From the human T2T-CHM13v2.0 reference genome, Homo sapiens, in the NCBI RefSeq assembly GCF_009914755.1, contig NC_060925.1: a DNA stretch of 64,000 bases; one strand, written 5' to 3'. The notes under the pieces are model-generated. The model was not told where the DNA came from. It searched no databases and worked only from the letters and a program-made list of their open reading frames with translations. Positions within the stretch are counted from its first letter, which is position 1. Each line of letters opens with the position of its first letter. The position numbers and the translations under genes were made by a program. Shown one piece after another: positions 1 through 14,200 of this stretch.

Positions 1-18
1 ATCATTGAACGGAATTGA

Positions 19-1326
19 ATGGAATCGTCATCGAATGAATTGAATGCAATCATCGAATGGTCTCGAATGGAATCACCTTCAAATGGAATGGAATGGAATC
101 ATCGCATAGAATCGAATGGAATTATCATCGAATGGAATCGAATGGAATCAACATCAAACGGAAAAAAACGGAATTATCGAATGGAATCGAAGAGAATCAT
201 CGAATGGACCCGAATGGAATCATCTAATGGAATGGAATGGAATAATCCATGGACTCGAATGCAATCATCATCGAATGGAATCGAATGGAATCATCCAATG
301 GACTCGAATGGAATAATCATTGAACGGAATCGAATGGAATCATCATCGGATGGAAATGAATGGAATCATCATCGAATGGAATCGAATAGAATTATGGAAT
401 GAAATCCAGTGTGATCATCATCGAATGGACCCGAATGGAATCATCATCCAACGGATGCTAATGGAATCAACATCGAATGAATCAAATGGAAACACCATCG
501 AATTGAAACGAATGGAATTACCATGAAATTGAAATGGATGGACTCATCATCGAATGGATTTGAAAGGAATCATCGAATAAAATTGATTGAAATCATCATC
601 GAATGGAATCGAATGGTATCATTGAATGGAATCGAATGGAATCATCATCAGATGGAAATGAATGGAATCGTCATAGAATGGAATCGAATGGATTCATTGA
701 ATGGAATCAGATGGAATCATCGAATGGACTGGAATGGAATCATTGAATGGACTCGAAAGAGATCATGATTGAATGGAATTGAATGGAATCATCGAATGGT
801 CTCGATTGGAATCATTATCAAATGGAATCGAATGGAATCACCGAATAGAATCGAATGGAACAATCATCGAATGGACTCAAATGGAATTATCCTCCAATGG
901 AATCGAATGGAATTATCGAATGCAATCGAATGGAATTATCGAATGCAAACGAATAGAATCATCGAATGGACTCGAATGGAATCATCGAATGGAATGGAAT
1001 GGAACAGTCAATGAACTCGAATGGAATCATCATTGAATGGAATCGAATGGAATCATCGAGTGGAATCGAATGGAATTATGATCAAATGGAATCGAATGTA
1101 ATCATCATCAAATGGAATCAAAAATAACCATCATCAATTGGTATTGAATGGAATTGTCATCAAATGGAATTCAAAGGAAACATCATCAAATGGAACCGAA
1201 TGGAATCCTCATTGAATGGAAATGAAAGGGGTCATCATCTAATGGAATCGCATGGAATCATCATCAAATGGAATCGAATGGAATCATCATGAAATGGAAT
1301 CTAATGGAATCATTGAACAGAATTGA
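19..1326. repeat. Representative L block (1308 bp) of the HSat2 unit
   Basis: Carries once-per-unit landmarks GAAATCCAGTGTGATC (~401-416), ATAAAATTGATTGAAATC (~577-594), GGAACAGTCAATGAAC (~1001-1016) and EcoRI GAATTC (1167-1172). Its first ~360 bp are paralogous to the B block head. Confidence 0.9.
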
Positions 1327-1794
1327 ATGGAATCGTCATCGAATGAATTGAATGCAATCATCGAATGGTCTCGAATGGAACCATCTTCTAATGGAAAGGA
1401 ATGGAATCATCGCATAGAATCGAATGGAATTATCATCGAATGGAATCGAATGGTATCAACACCAAACGGAAAAAAACGGAATTATCGAATGGAATCGAAG
1501 AGAATCTTCGAACGGACCCGAATGGAATCATCTAATGGAATGGAATGGAATAATCCATGGACTCGAATGCAATCATCATCGAATGGAATCGAATGGAATC
1601 ATCGAATGGACTCGAATGGAATAATCATTGAACGGAATCGAATGGAATCATCATCGGATGGAAACGAATGGAATCATCATCGAATGGAAATGAAAGGAGT
1701 CATCATCTAATGGAATTGCATGGAATCATCATAAAATGGAATCGAATGGAATCAACATCAAATTGAATCAAATGGAATCATTGAACGGAATTGA
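1327..1794. repeat. Representative B block (468 bp)
   Basis: Head paralogous to the L head but with diagnostic TCTAATGGAAAGG, GGTATCAACACC and ATCTTCGAACGG. Tail GAAAGGAGTCATCATCTAATGGAATTGCATGG is paralogous to the L tail GAAAGGGGTCATCATCTAATGGAATCGCATGG. Confidence 0.9.
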
Positions 1795-2236
1795 ATGGAA
1801 TCGTCATCGAATAAATTGAATGCAATCATCGAATGGTCTCGAATGGAATCATCTTCAAATGGAATGGAATGGAATCATCGCATAGAATCGAATGGAATTA
1901 TCATCGAATGGAATCGAATGGAATCAACATCAAACGGAAAAAAACGGAATTATCGAATGGAATCGAAGAGAATCATCGAATGGAACCGAATGGAATCATC
2001 TAATGGAATGGAATGGAATAATCCATGGACTCGAATGCAATCATCATCGAATGGAATCGAATGGAATCATCGAATGGACTCGAATGGAATAATCATTGAA
2101 CAGAATCGAATGGAATCATCATCGGATGGAAATGAAAGGAGTCATCATCTAATGGAATTGCATGGAATCATCATAAAATGGAATCGAATGGAATCAACAT
2201 CAAATGGAATCAAATGGAATCATTGAACGGAATTGA
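1795..2236. repeat. Representative C block (442 bp): L-type head fused to B-type tail
   Basis: L-type head alleles (TTCAAATGGAATGG, GAATCAACATC) run to GGATGGAAATGAA (ending 2136), then continue directly into AGGAGTCATC. It is 26 bp shorter than B and present in all twelve left-domain 2218-bp units. Confidence 0.9.
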
Positions 2237-5200
2237 ATGGAATCGTCATCGAATGAATTGAATGCAATCATCGAATGGTCTCGAATGGAATCATCTTCAA
2301 ATGGAATGGAATGGAATCATCGCATAGAATCGAATGGAATTATCATCGAATGGAATCGAATGGAATCAACATCAAACGGAAAAAAACGGAATTATCGAAT
2401 GGAATCGAAGAGAATCATCGAATGGACCCGAATGGAATCATCTAATGGAATGGAATGGAATAATCCATGGACTCGAATGCAATCATCATCGAATGGAATC
2501 GAATGGAATCATCCAATGGACTCGAATGGAATAATCATTGAACGGAATCGAATGGAATCATCATCGGATGGAAATGAATGGAATCATCATCGAATGGAAT
2601 CGAATAGAATTATGGAATGAAATCCAGTGTGATCATCATCGAATGGACCCGAATGGAATCATCATCCAACGGATGCTAATGGAATCAACATCGAATGAAT
2701 CAAATGGAAACACCATCGAATTGAAACGAATGGAATTACCATGAAATTGAAATGGATGGACTCATCATCGAATGGATTTGAAAGGAATCATCGAATAAAA
2801 TTGATTGAAATCATCATCGAATGGAATCGAATGGTATCATTGAATGGAATCGAATGGAATCATCATCAGATGGAAATGAATGGAATCGTCATAGAATGGA
2901 ATCGAATGGATTCATTGAATGGAATCAGATGGAATCATCGAATGGACTGGAATGGAATCATTGAATGGACTCGAAAGACATCATGATTGAATGGAATTGA
3001 ATGGAATCATCGAATGGTCTCGATTGGAATCATTATCAAATGGAATCGAATGGAATCACCGAATAGAATCGAATGGAACAATCATCGAATGGACTCAAAT
3101 GGAATTATCCTCCAATGGAATCGAATGGAATTATCGAATGCAATCGAATGGAATTATCGAAAGCAAACGAATAGAATCATCGAATGGACTCGAATGGAAT
3201 CATCGAATGGAATGGAATGGAACAGTCAATGAACTCGAATGGAATCATCATTGAATGGAATCGAATGGAATCATCGAGTGGAATCGAATGGAATTATGAT
3301 CAAATGGAATCGAATGTAATCATCATCAAATGGAATCAAAAATAACCATCATCAATTGGTATTGAATGGAATTGTCATCAAATGGAATTCAAAGGAAACA
3401 TCATCAAATGGAACCGAATGGAATCCTCATTGAATGGAAATGAAAGGGGTCATCATCTAATGGAATCGCATGGAATCATCATCAAATGGAATCGAATGGA
3501 ATCATCATGAAATGGAATCTAATGGAATCATTGAACAGAATTGAATGGAATCGTCATCGAATGAATTGAATGCAATCATCGAATGGTCTCGAATGGAACC
3601 ATCTTCTAATGGAAAGGAATGGAATCATCGCATAGAATCGAATGGAATTATCATCGAATGGAATCGAATGGTATCAACACCAAACGGAAAAAAACGGAAT
3701 TATCGAATGGAATCGAAGAGAATCTTCGAACGGACCCGAATGGAATCATCTAATGGAATGGAATGGAATAATCCATGGACTCGAATGCAATCATCATCGA
3801 ATGGAATCGAATGGAATCATCGAATGGACTCGAATGGAATAATCATTGAACGGAATCGAATGGAATCATCATCGGATGGAAACGAATGGAATCATCATCG
3901 AATGGAAATGAAAGGAGTCATCATCTAATGGAATTGCATGGAATCATCATAAAATGGAATCGAATGGAATCAACATCAAATGGAATCAAATGGAATCATT
4001 GAACGGAATTGAATGGAATCGTCATCGAATGAATTGACTGCAATCATCGAATGGTCTCGAATGGAATCATCTTCAAATGGAATGGAATGGAATCATCGCA
4101 TAGAATCGAATGGAATTATCATCGAATGGAATCGAATGGAATCAACATCAAACGGAAAAAAACGGAATTATCGAATGGAATCGAAGAGAATCATCGAATG
4201 GACCCGAATGGAATCATCTAATGGAATGGAATGGAATAATCCATGGACTCGAATGCAATCATCATCGAATGGAATCGAATGGAATCATCGAATGGACTCG
4301 AATGGAATAATCATTGAACGGAATCGAATGGAATCATCATCGGATGGAAATGAAAGGAGTCATCATCTAATGGAATTGCATGGAATCATCATAAAATGGA
4401 ATCGAATGGAATCAACATCAAATGGAATCAAATGGAATCATTGAACGGAATTGAATGGAATCGTCATCGAATGAATTGAATGCAATCATCGAATGGTCTC
4501 GAATGGAATCATCTTCAAATGGAATGGAATGGAATCATCGCATAGAATCGAATGGAATTATCATCGAATGGAATCGAATGGAATCAACATCAAACGGAAA
4601 AAAACGGAATTATCGAATGGAATCGAAGAGAATCATCGAATGGACCCGAATGGAATCATCTAATGGAATGGAATGGAATAATCCATGGACTCGAATGCAA
4701 TCATCATCGAATGGAATCAAATGGAATCATCGAATGGACTCGAATGGAATAATCATTGAACGGAATCGAATGGAATCATCATCGGATGGAAATGAATGGA
4801 ATCATCATCGAATGGAATCGAATAGAATTATGGAATGAAATCCAGTGTGATCATCATCGAATGGACCCGAATGGAATCATCATCCAACGGATGCTAATGG
4901 AATCAACATCGAATGAATCAAATGGAAACACCATCGAATTGAAACGAATGGAATTACCATGAAATTGAAATGGATGGACTCATCATCGAATGGATTTGAA
5001 AGGAATCATCGAATAAAATTGATTGAAATCATCATCGAATGGAATCGAATGGTATCATTGAATGGAATCGAATGGAATCATCATCAGATGGAAATGAATG
5101 GAATCGTCATAGAATGGAATCGAATGGATTCATTGAATGGAATCAGATGGAATCATCGAATGGACTGGAATGGAATCATTGAATGGACTCGAAAGAGATC

Positions 5201-8200
5201 ATGATTGAATGGAATTGAATGGAATCATCGAATGGTCTCGATTGGAATCATTATCAAATGGAATCGAATGGAATCACCGAATAGAATCGAATGGAACAAT
5301 CATCGAATGGACTCAAATGGAATTATCCTCCAATGGAATCGAATGGAATTATCGAATGCAATCGAATGGAATTATCGAATGCAATCGAATAGAATCATCG
5401 AATGGACTCGAATGGAATCATCGAATGGAATGGAATGGAACAGTCAATGAACTCGAATGGAATCATCATTGAATGGAATCGAATGGAATCATCGAGTGGA
5501 ATCGAATGGAATTATGATCAAATGGAATCGAATGTAATCATCATCAAATGGAATCAAAAATAACCATCATCAATTGGTATTGAATGGAATTGTCATCAAA
5601 TGGAATTCAAAGGAAACATCATCAAATGGAACCGAATGGAATCCTCATTGAATGGAAATGAAAGGGGTCATCATCTAATGGAATCGCATGGAATCATCAT
5701 AAAATGGAATCGAATGGAATCATCATCAAATGGAATCTAATGGAATCATTGAACAGAATTGAATGGAATCGTCATCGAATGAATTGAATGCAATCATCGA
5801 ATGGTCTCGAATGGAACCATCTTCTAATGGAAAGGAATGGAATCATCGCATAGAATCGAATGGAATTATCATCGAATGGAATCGAATGGTATCAACACCA
5901 AACGGAAAAAAACGGAATTATCGAATGGAATCGAAGAGAATCTTCGAACGGACCCGAATGGAATCATCTAATGGAATGGAATGGAATAATCCATGGACTC
6001 GAATGCAATCATCATCGAATGGAATCGAATGGAATCATCGAATGGACTCGAATGGAATAATCATTGAACGGAATCGAATGGAATCATCATCGGATGGAAA
6101 CGAATGGAATCATCATCGAATGGAAATGAAAGGAGTCATCATCTAATAGAATTGCATGGAATCATCATAAAATGGAATCGAATGGAATCAACATCAAATG
6201 GAATCAAATGGAATCATTGAACGGAATTGAATGGAATCGTCATCGAATGAATTGACTGCAATCATCGAATGGTCTCGAATGGAATCATCTTCAAATGGAA
6301 TGGAATGGAATCATCGCATAGAATCGAATGGAATTATCATCGAATGGAATCGAATGGAATCAACATCAAACGGAAAAAAACGGAATTATCGAATGGAATC
6401 GAAGAGAATCATCGAATGGACCCGAATGGAATCATCTAATGGAATGGAATGGAATAATCCATGGACTCGAATGCAATCATCATCGAATGGAATCGAATGG
6501 AATCATCGAATGGACTCGAATGGAATAATCATTGAACGGAATCGAATGGAATAATCATCGGATGGAAATGAAAGGAGTCATCATCTAATGGAATTGCATG
6601 GAATCATCATAAAATGGAATCGAATGGAATCAACATCAAATGGAATCAAATGGAATCATTGAACGGAATTGAATGGAATCGTCATCGAATGAATTGAATG
6701 CAATCATCGAATGGTCTCGAATGGAATCATCTTCAAATGGAATGGAATGGAATCATCGCATAGAATCGAATGGAATTATCATCGAATGGAATCGAATGGA
6801 ATCAACATCAAACGGAAAAAAACGGAATTATCGAATGGAATCGAAGAGAATCATCGAATGGACCCGAATGGAATCATCTAATGGAATGGAATGGAATAAT
6901 CCATGGACTCGAATGCAATCATCATCGAATGGAATCAAATGGAATCATCGAATGGACTCGAATGGAATAATCATTGAACGGAATCGAATGGAATCATCAT
7001 CGGATGGAAATGAATGGAATCATCATCGAATGGAATCGAATAGAATTATGGAATGAAATCCAGTGTGATCATCATCGAATGGACCCGAATGGAATCATCA
7101 TCCAACGGATGCTAATGGAATCAACATCGAATGAATCAAATGGAAACACCATCGAATTGAAACGAATGGAATTACCATGAAATTGAAATGGATGGACTCA
7201 TCATCGAATGTATTCAAAAGGAATCATCGAATAAAATTGATTGAAATCATCATCGAATGGAATCGAATGGTATCATTGAATGGAATCGAATGGAATCATC
7301 ATCAGATGGAAATGAATGGAATCGTCATAGAATGGAATCGAATGGATTCATTGAATGGAATCAGATGGAATCATCGAATGGACTGGAATGGAATCATTGA
7401 ATGGACTCGAAAGAGATCATGATTGAATGGAATTGAATGGAATCATCGAATGGTCTCGATTTGAATCATTATCAAATGGAATCGAATGGAATCACCGAAT
7501 AGAATCGAATGGAACAATCATCGAATGGACTCAAATGGAATTATCCTCCAATGGAATCGAATGGAATTATCGAATGCAATCGAATGGAATTATCGAATGC
7601 AATCGAATAGAATCATCGAATGGACTCGAATGGAATCATCGAATGGAATGGAATGGAACAGTCAATGAACTCGAATGGAATCATCATTGAATGGAATCGA
7701 ATGGAATCATCGAGTGGAATCGAATGGAATTATGATCAAATGGAATCGAATGTAATCATCATCAAATGGAATCAAAAATAACCATCATCAATTGGTATTG
7801 AATGGAATTGTCATCAAATGGAATTCAAAGGAAACATCATCAAATGGAACCGAATGGAATCCTCATTGAATGGAAATGAAAGGGGTCATCATCTAATGGA
7901 ATCGCATGGAATCATCATCAAATGGAATCGAATGGAATCATCATCAAATGAAATCTAATGGAATCATTGAACAGAATTGAATGGAATCGTCATCGAATGA
8001 ATTGAATGCAATCATCGAATGGTCTCGAATGGAACCATCTTCTAATGGAAAGGAATGGAATCATCGCATAGAATCGAATGGAATTGTCATCGAATGGAAT
8101 CGAATGGTATCAACACCAAACGGAAAAAAACGGAATTATCGAATGGAATCGAAGAGAATCTTCGAACGGACCCGAATGGAATCATCTAATGGAATGGAAT

Positions 8201-11200
8201 GGAATAATCCATGGACTCGAATGCAATCATCATCGAATGGAATCGAATGGAATCATCGAATGGACTCGAATGAAATAATCATTGAACGGAATCGAATGGA
8301 ATCATCATCGGATGGAAACGAATGGAATCATCATCGAATGGAAATGAAAGGAGTCATCATCTAATGGAATTGCATGGAATCATCATAAAATGGAATCGAA
8401 TGGAATCAACATCAAATGGAATCAAATGGAATCATTGAACGGAATTGAATGGAATCGTCATCGAATGAATTGAATGCAATCATCGAATGGTCTCGAATGG
8501 AATCATCTTCAAATGGAATGGAATGGAATCATCGCATAGAATCGAATGGAATTATCATCGAATGGAATCGAATGGAATCAACATCAAACGGAAAAAAACG
8601 GAATTATCGAATGGAATCGAAGAGAATCATCGAATGGACCCGAATGGAATCATCTAATGGAATGGAATGGAATAATCCATGGACTCGAATGCAATCATCA
8701 TCGAATGGAATCGAATGGAATCATCCAATGGACTCGAATGGAATAATCATTGAACGGAATCGAATGGAATCATCATCGGATGGAAATGAATGGAATCATC
8801 ATCGAATGGAATCGAATAGAATTATGGAATGAAATCCAGTGTGATCATCATCGAATGGACCCGAATGGAATCATCATCCAACGGATGCTAATGGAATCAA
8901 CATCGAATGAATCAAATGGAAACACCATCGAATTGAAACGAATGGAATTACCATGAAATTGAAATGGATGGACTCATCATCGAATGGATTTGAAAGGAAT
9001 CATCGAATAAAATTGATTGAAATCATCATCGAATGGAATCGAATGGTATCATTGAATGGAATCGAATGGAATCATCATCAGATGGAAATGAATGGAATCG
9101 TCATAGAATGGAATCGAATGGATTCATTGAATGGAATCAGATGGAATCATCGAATGGACTGGAATGGAATCATTGAATGGACTCGAAAGAGATCATGATT
9201 GAATGGAATTGAATGGAATCATCGAATGGTCTCGATTGGAATCATTATCAAATGGAATCGAATGGAATCACCGAATAGAATCGAATGGAACAATCATCGA
9301 ATGGACTCAAATGGAATTATCCTCCAATGGAATCGAATGGAATTATCGAATGCAATCGAATGGAATTATCGAATGCAATCGAATAGAATCATCGAATGGA
9401 CTCGAATGGAATCATCGAATGGAATGGAATGGAACAGTCAATGAACTCGAATGGAATCATCATTGAATGGAATCGAATGGAATCATCGAGTGGAATCGAA
9501 TGGAATTATGATCAAATGGAATCGAATGTAATCATCATCAAATGGAATCAAAAATAACCATCATCAATTGGTATTGAATGGAATTGTCATCAAATGGAAT
9601 TCAAAGGAAACATCATCAAATGGAACCGAATGGAATCCTCATTGAATGGAAATGAAAGGGGTCATCATCTAATGGAATCGCATGGAATCATCATCAAATG
9701 GAATCGAATGGAATCATCATCAAATGGAATCTAATGGAATCATTGAACAGAATTGAATGGAATCGTCATCGAATGAATTGAATGCAATCATCGAATGGTC
9801 TCGAATGGAACCATCTTCTAATGGAAAGGAATGGAATCATCGCATAGAATCGAATGGAATTATCATCGAATGGAATCGAATGGTATCAACACCAAACGGA
9901 AAAAAACGGAATTATCGAATGGAATCGAAGAGAATCTTCGAACGGACCCGAATGGAATCATCTAATGGAATGGAATGGAATAATCCATGGACTCGAATGC
10001 AATGATCATCGAATGGAATCGAATGGAATCATCGAATGGACTCGAATGAAATAATCATTGAACGGAATCGAATGGAATCATCATCGGATGGAAATGAAAG
10101 GAGTCATCATCTAATGGAATTGCATGGAATCATCATAAAATGGAATCGAATGGAATCAACATCAAATGGAATCAAATGGAATCATTGAACGGAATTGAAT
10201 GGAATCGTCATCAAATGAATTGAATGCAATCATCGAATGGTCTCGAATGGAATCATCTTCAAATGGAATGGAATGGAATCATCGCATAGAATCGAATGGA
10301 ATTATCATCGAATGGAATCGAATGGAATCAACATCAAACGGAAAAAAACGGAATTATCGAATGGAATCGAAGAGAATCATCGAATGGACCCGAATGGAAT
10401 CATCTAATGGAATGGAATGGAATAATCCATGGACTCGAATGCAATCATCATCGAATGGAATCGAATGGAATCATCCAATGGACTCGAATGGAATAATCAT
10501 TGAACGGAATCGAATGGAATCAACATCGGATGGAAATGAATGGAATCATCATCGAATGGAATCGAATAGAATTATGGAATGAAATCCAGTGTGATCATCA
10601 TCGAATGGACCCGAATGGAATCATCATCCAACGGATGCTAATGGAATCAACATCGAATGAATCAAATGGAAACACCATCGAATTGAAACGAATGGAATTA
10701 CCATGAAATTGAAATGGATGGACTCATCATCGAATGGATTTGAAAGTAATCATCGAATAAAATTGATTGAAATCATCATCGAATGGAATCGAATGGTATC
10801 ATTGAATGGAATCGAATGGAATCATCATCAGATGGAAATGAATGGAATCGTCATAGAATGGAATCGAATGGATTCATTGAATGGAATCAGATGGAATCAT
10901 CGAATGGACTGGAATGGAATCATTGAATGGACTCGAAAGAGATCATGATTGAATGGAATTGAATGGAATCATCGAATGGTCTCGATTGGAATCATTATCA
11001 AATGGAATCGAATGGAATCACCGAATAGAATCGAATGGAACAATCATCGAATGGACTCAAATGGAATTATCCTCCAATGGAATCGAATGGAATTATCGAA
11101 TGCAATCGAATGGAATTATCGAATGCAATCGAATAGAATCATCGAATGGACTCGAATGGAATCATCGAATGGAATGGAATGGAACAGTCAATGAACTCGA

Positions 11201-14200
11201 ATGGAATCATCATTGAATGGAATCGAATGGAATCATCGAGTGGAATCGAATGGAATTATGATCAAATGGAATCGAATGTAATCATCATCAAATGGAATCA
11301 AAAATAACCATCATCAATTGGTATTGAATGGAATTGTCATCAAATGGAATTCAAAGGAAACATCATCAAATGGAACCGAATGGAATCCTCATTGAATGGA
11401 AATGAAAGGGGTCATCATCTAATGGAATCGCATGGAATCATCATCAAATGGAATCGAATGGAATCATCATCAAATGGAATCTAATGGAATCATTGAACAG
11501 AATTGAATGGAATCGTCATCGAATGAATTGAATGCAATCATCGAATGGTCTCGAATGGAACCATCTTCTAATGGAAAGGAATGGAATCATCGCATAGAAT
11601 CGAATGGAATTATCATCGAATGGAATCGAATGGTATCAACACCAAACGGAAAAAAACGGAATTATCGAATGGAATCGAAGAGAATCTTCGAACGGACCCG
11701 AATGGAATCATCTAATGGAATGGAATGGAATAATCCATGGACTCGAATGCAATCATCATCGAATGGAATCGAATGGAATCATCGAATGGACTCGAATGGA
11801 ATAATCATTGAACGGAATCGAATGGAATCATCATCGGATGGAAACGAATGGAATCATCATCGAATGGAAATGAAAGGAGTCATCATCTAATGGAATTGCA
11901 TGGAATCATCATAAAATGGAATCGAATGGAATCAACATCAAATTGAATCAAATGGAATCATTGAACGGAATTGAATGGAATCGTCATCGAATAAATTGAA
12001 TGCAATCATCGAATGGTCTCGAATGGAATCATCTTCAAATGGAATGGAATGGAATCATCGCATAGAATCGAATGGAATTATCATCGAATGGAATCGAATG
12101 GAATCAACATCAAACGGAAAAAAACGGAATTATCGAATGGAATCGAAGAGAATCATCGAATGGAACCGAATGGAATCATCTAATGGAATGGAATGGAATA
12201 ATCCATGGACTCGAATGCAATCATCATCGAATGGAATCGAATGGAATCATCGAATGGACTCGAATGGAATAATCATTGAACGGAATCGAATGGAATCATC
12301 ATCGGATGGAAATGAAAGGAGTCATCATCTAATGGAATTGCATGGAATCATCATAAAATGGAATCGAATGGAATCAACATCAAATGGAATCAAATGGAAT
12401 CATTGAACGGAATTGAATGGAATCGTCATCGAATGAATTGAATGCAATCATCGAATGGTCTCGAATGGAATCATCTTCAAATGGAATGGAATGGAATCAT
12501 CGCATAGAATCGAATGGAATTATCATCGAATGGAATCGAATGGAATCAACATCAAACGGAAAAAAACGGAATTATCGAATGGAATCGAAGAGAATCATCG
12601 AATGGACCCGAATGGAATCATCTAATGGAATGGAATGGAATAATCCATGGACTCGAATGCAATCATCATCGAATGGAATCGAATGGAATCATCGAATGGA
12701 CTCGAATGGAATAATCATTGAACGGAATCGAATGGAATCATCATCGGATGGAAATGAATGGAATCATCATCGAATGGAATCGAATAGAATTATGGAATGA
12801 AATCCAGTGTGATCATCATCGAATGGACCCGAATGGAATCATCATCCAACGGATGCTAATGGAATCAACATCGAATGAATCAAATGGAAACACCATCGAA
12901 TTGAAACGAATGGAATTACCATGAAATTGAAATGGATGGACTCATCATCGAATGTATTCGAAAGGAATCATCGAATAAAATTGATTGAAATCATCATCGA
13001 ATGGAATCGAATGGTATCATTGAATGGAATCGAATGGAATCATCATCAGATGGAAATGAATGGAATCGTCATAGAATGGAATCGAATGGATTCATTGAAT
13101 GGAATCAGATGGAATCATCGAATGGACTGGAATGGAATCATTGAATGGACTCGAAAGAGATCATGATTGAATGGAATTGAATGGAATCATCGAATGGTCT
13201 CGATTGGAATCATTATCAAATGGAATCGAATGGAATCACCGAATAGAATCGAATGGAACAATCATCGAATGGACTCAAATGGAATTATCCTCCAATGGAA
13301 TCGAATGGAATTATCGAATGCAATCGAATGGAATTATCGAATGCAATCGAATAGAATCATCGAATGGACTCGAATGGAATCATCGAATGGAATGGAATGG
13401 AACAGTCAATGAACTCGAATGGAATCATCATTGAATGGAATCGAATGGAATCATCGAGTGGAATCGAATGGAATTATGATCAAATGGAATCGAATGTAAT
13501 CATCATCAAATGGAATCAAAAATAACCATCATCAATTGGTATTGAATGGAATTGTCATCAAATGGAATTCAAAGGAAACATCATCAAATGGAACCGAATG
13601 GAATCCTCATTGAATGGAAATGAAAGGGGTCATCATCTAATGGAATCGCATGGAATCATCATAAAATGGAATCGAATGGAATCATCATGAAATGGAATCT
13701 AATGGAATCATTGAACAGAATTGAATGGAATCGTCATCGAATGAATTGAATGCAATCATCGAATGGTCTCGAATGGAACCATCTTCTAATGGAAAGGAAT
13801 GGAATCATCGCATAGAATCGAATGGAATTATCATCGAATGGAATCGAATGGTATCAACACCAAACGGAAAAAAACGGAATTATCGAATGGAATCGAAGAG
13901 AATCTTCGAACGGACCCGAATGGAATCATCTAATGGAATGGAATGGAATAATCCATGGACTCGAATGCAATCATCATCGAATGGAATCGAATGGAATCAT
14001 CGAATGGACTCGAATGGAATAATCATTGAACGGAATCGAATGGAATCATCATCGGATGGAAACGAATGGAATCATCATCGAATGGAAATGAAAGGAGTCA
14101 TCATCTAATAGAATTGCATGGAATCATCATAAAATGGAATCGAATGGAATCAACATCAAATGGAATCAAATGGAATCATTGAACGGAATTGAATGGAATC

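Noticed and set aside
761-772. Short palindromes (ATCATGAT, TCGA, CCATGG, CAATTG) as hairpins or terminators
   Set aside because: They are too short and are expected from the repeat composition; no extended inverted repeat was seen.
575-780. Possible DUX4/homeodomain sites (TGATTGAAATCA, TGATTGAATGG) and an AATAAA hexamer once per unit
   Set aside because: DUX4 is known to bind and activate HSATII, but these are imperfect matches to TGATTRRRTTA. AATAAA has no visible downstream GU-rich element. Function cannot be supported without a PWM scan, ChIP or 3'-end data.
1327-2236. 468 = 18x26 and 442 = 17x26, suggesting strict 26-bp phasing
   Set aside because: The blocks mix 23-bp, 26-bp and irregular monomers, and 1308 and 666 are not multiples of 26, so the exact multiples are probably coincidental.
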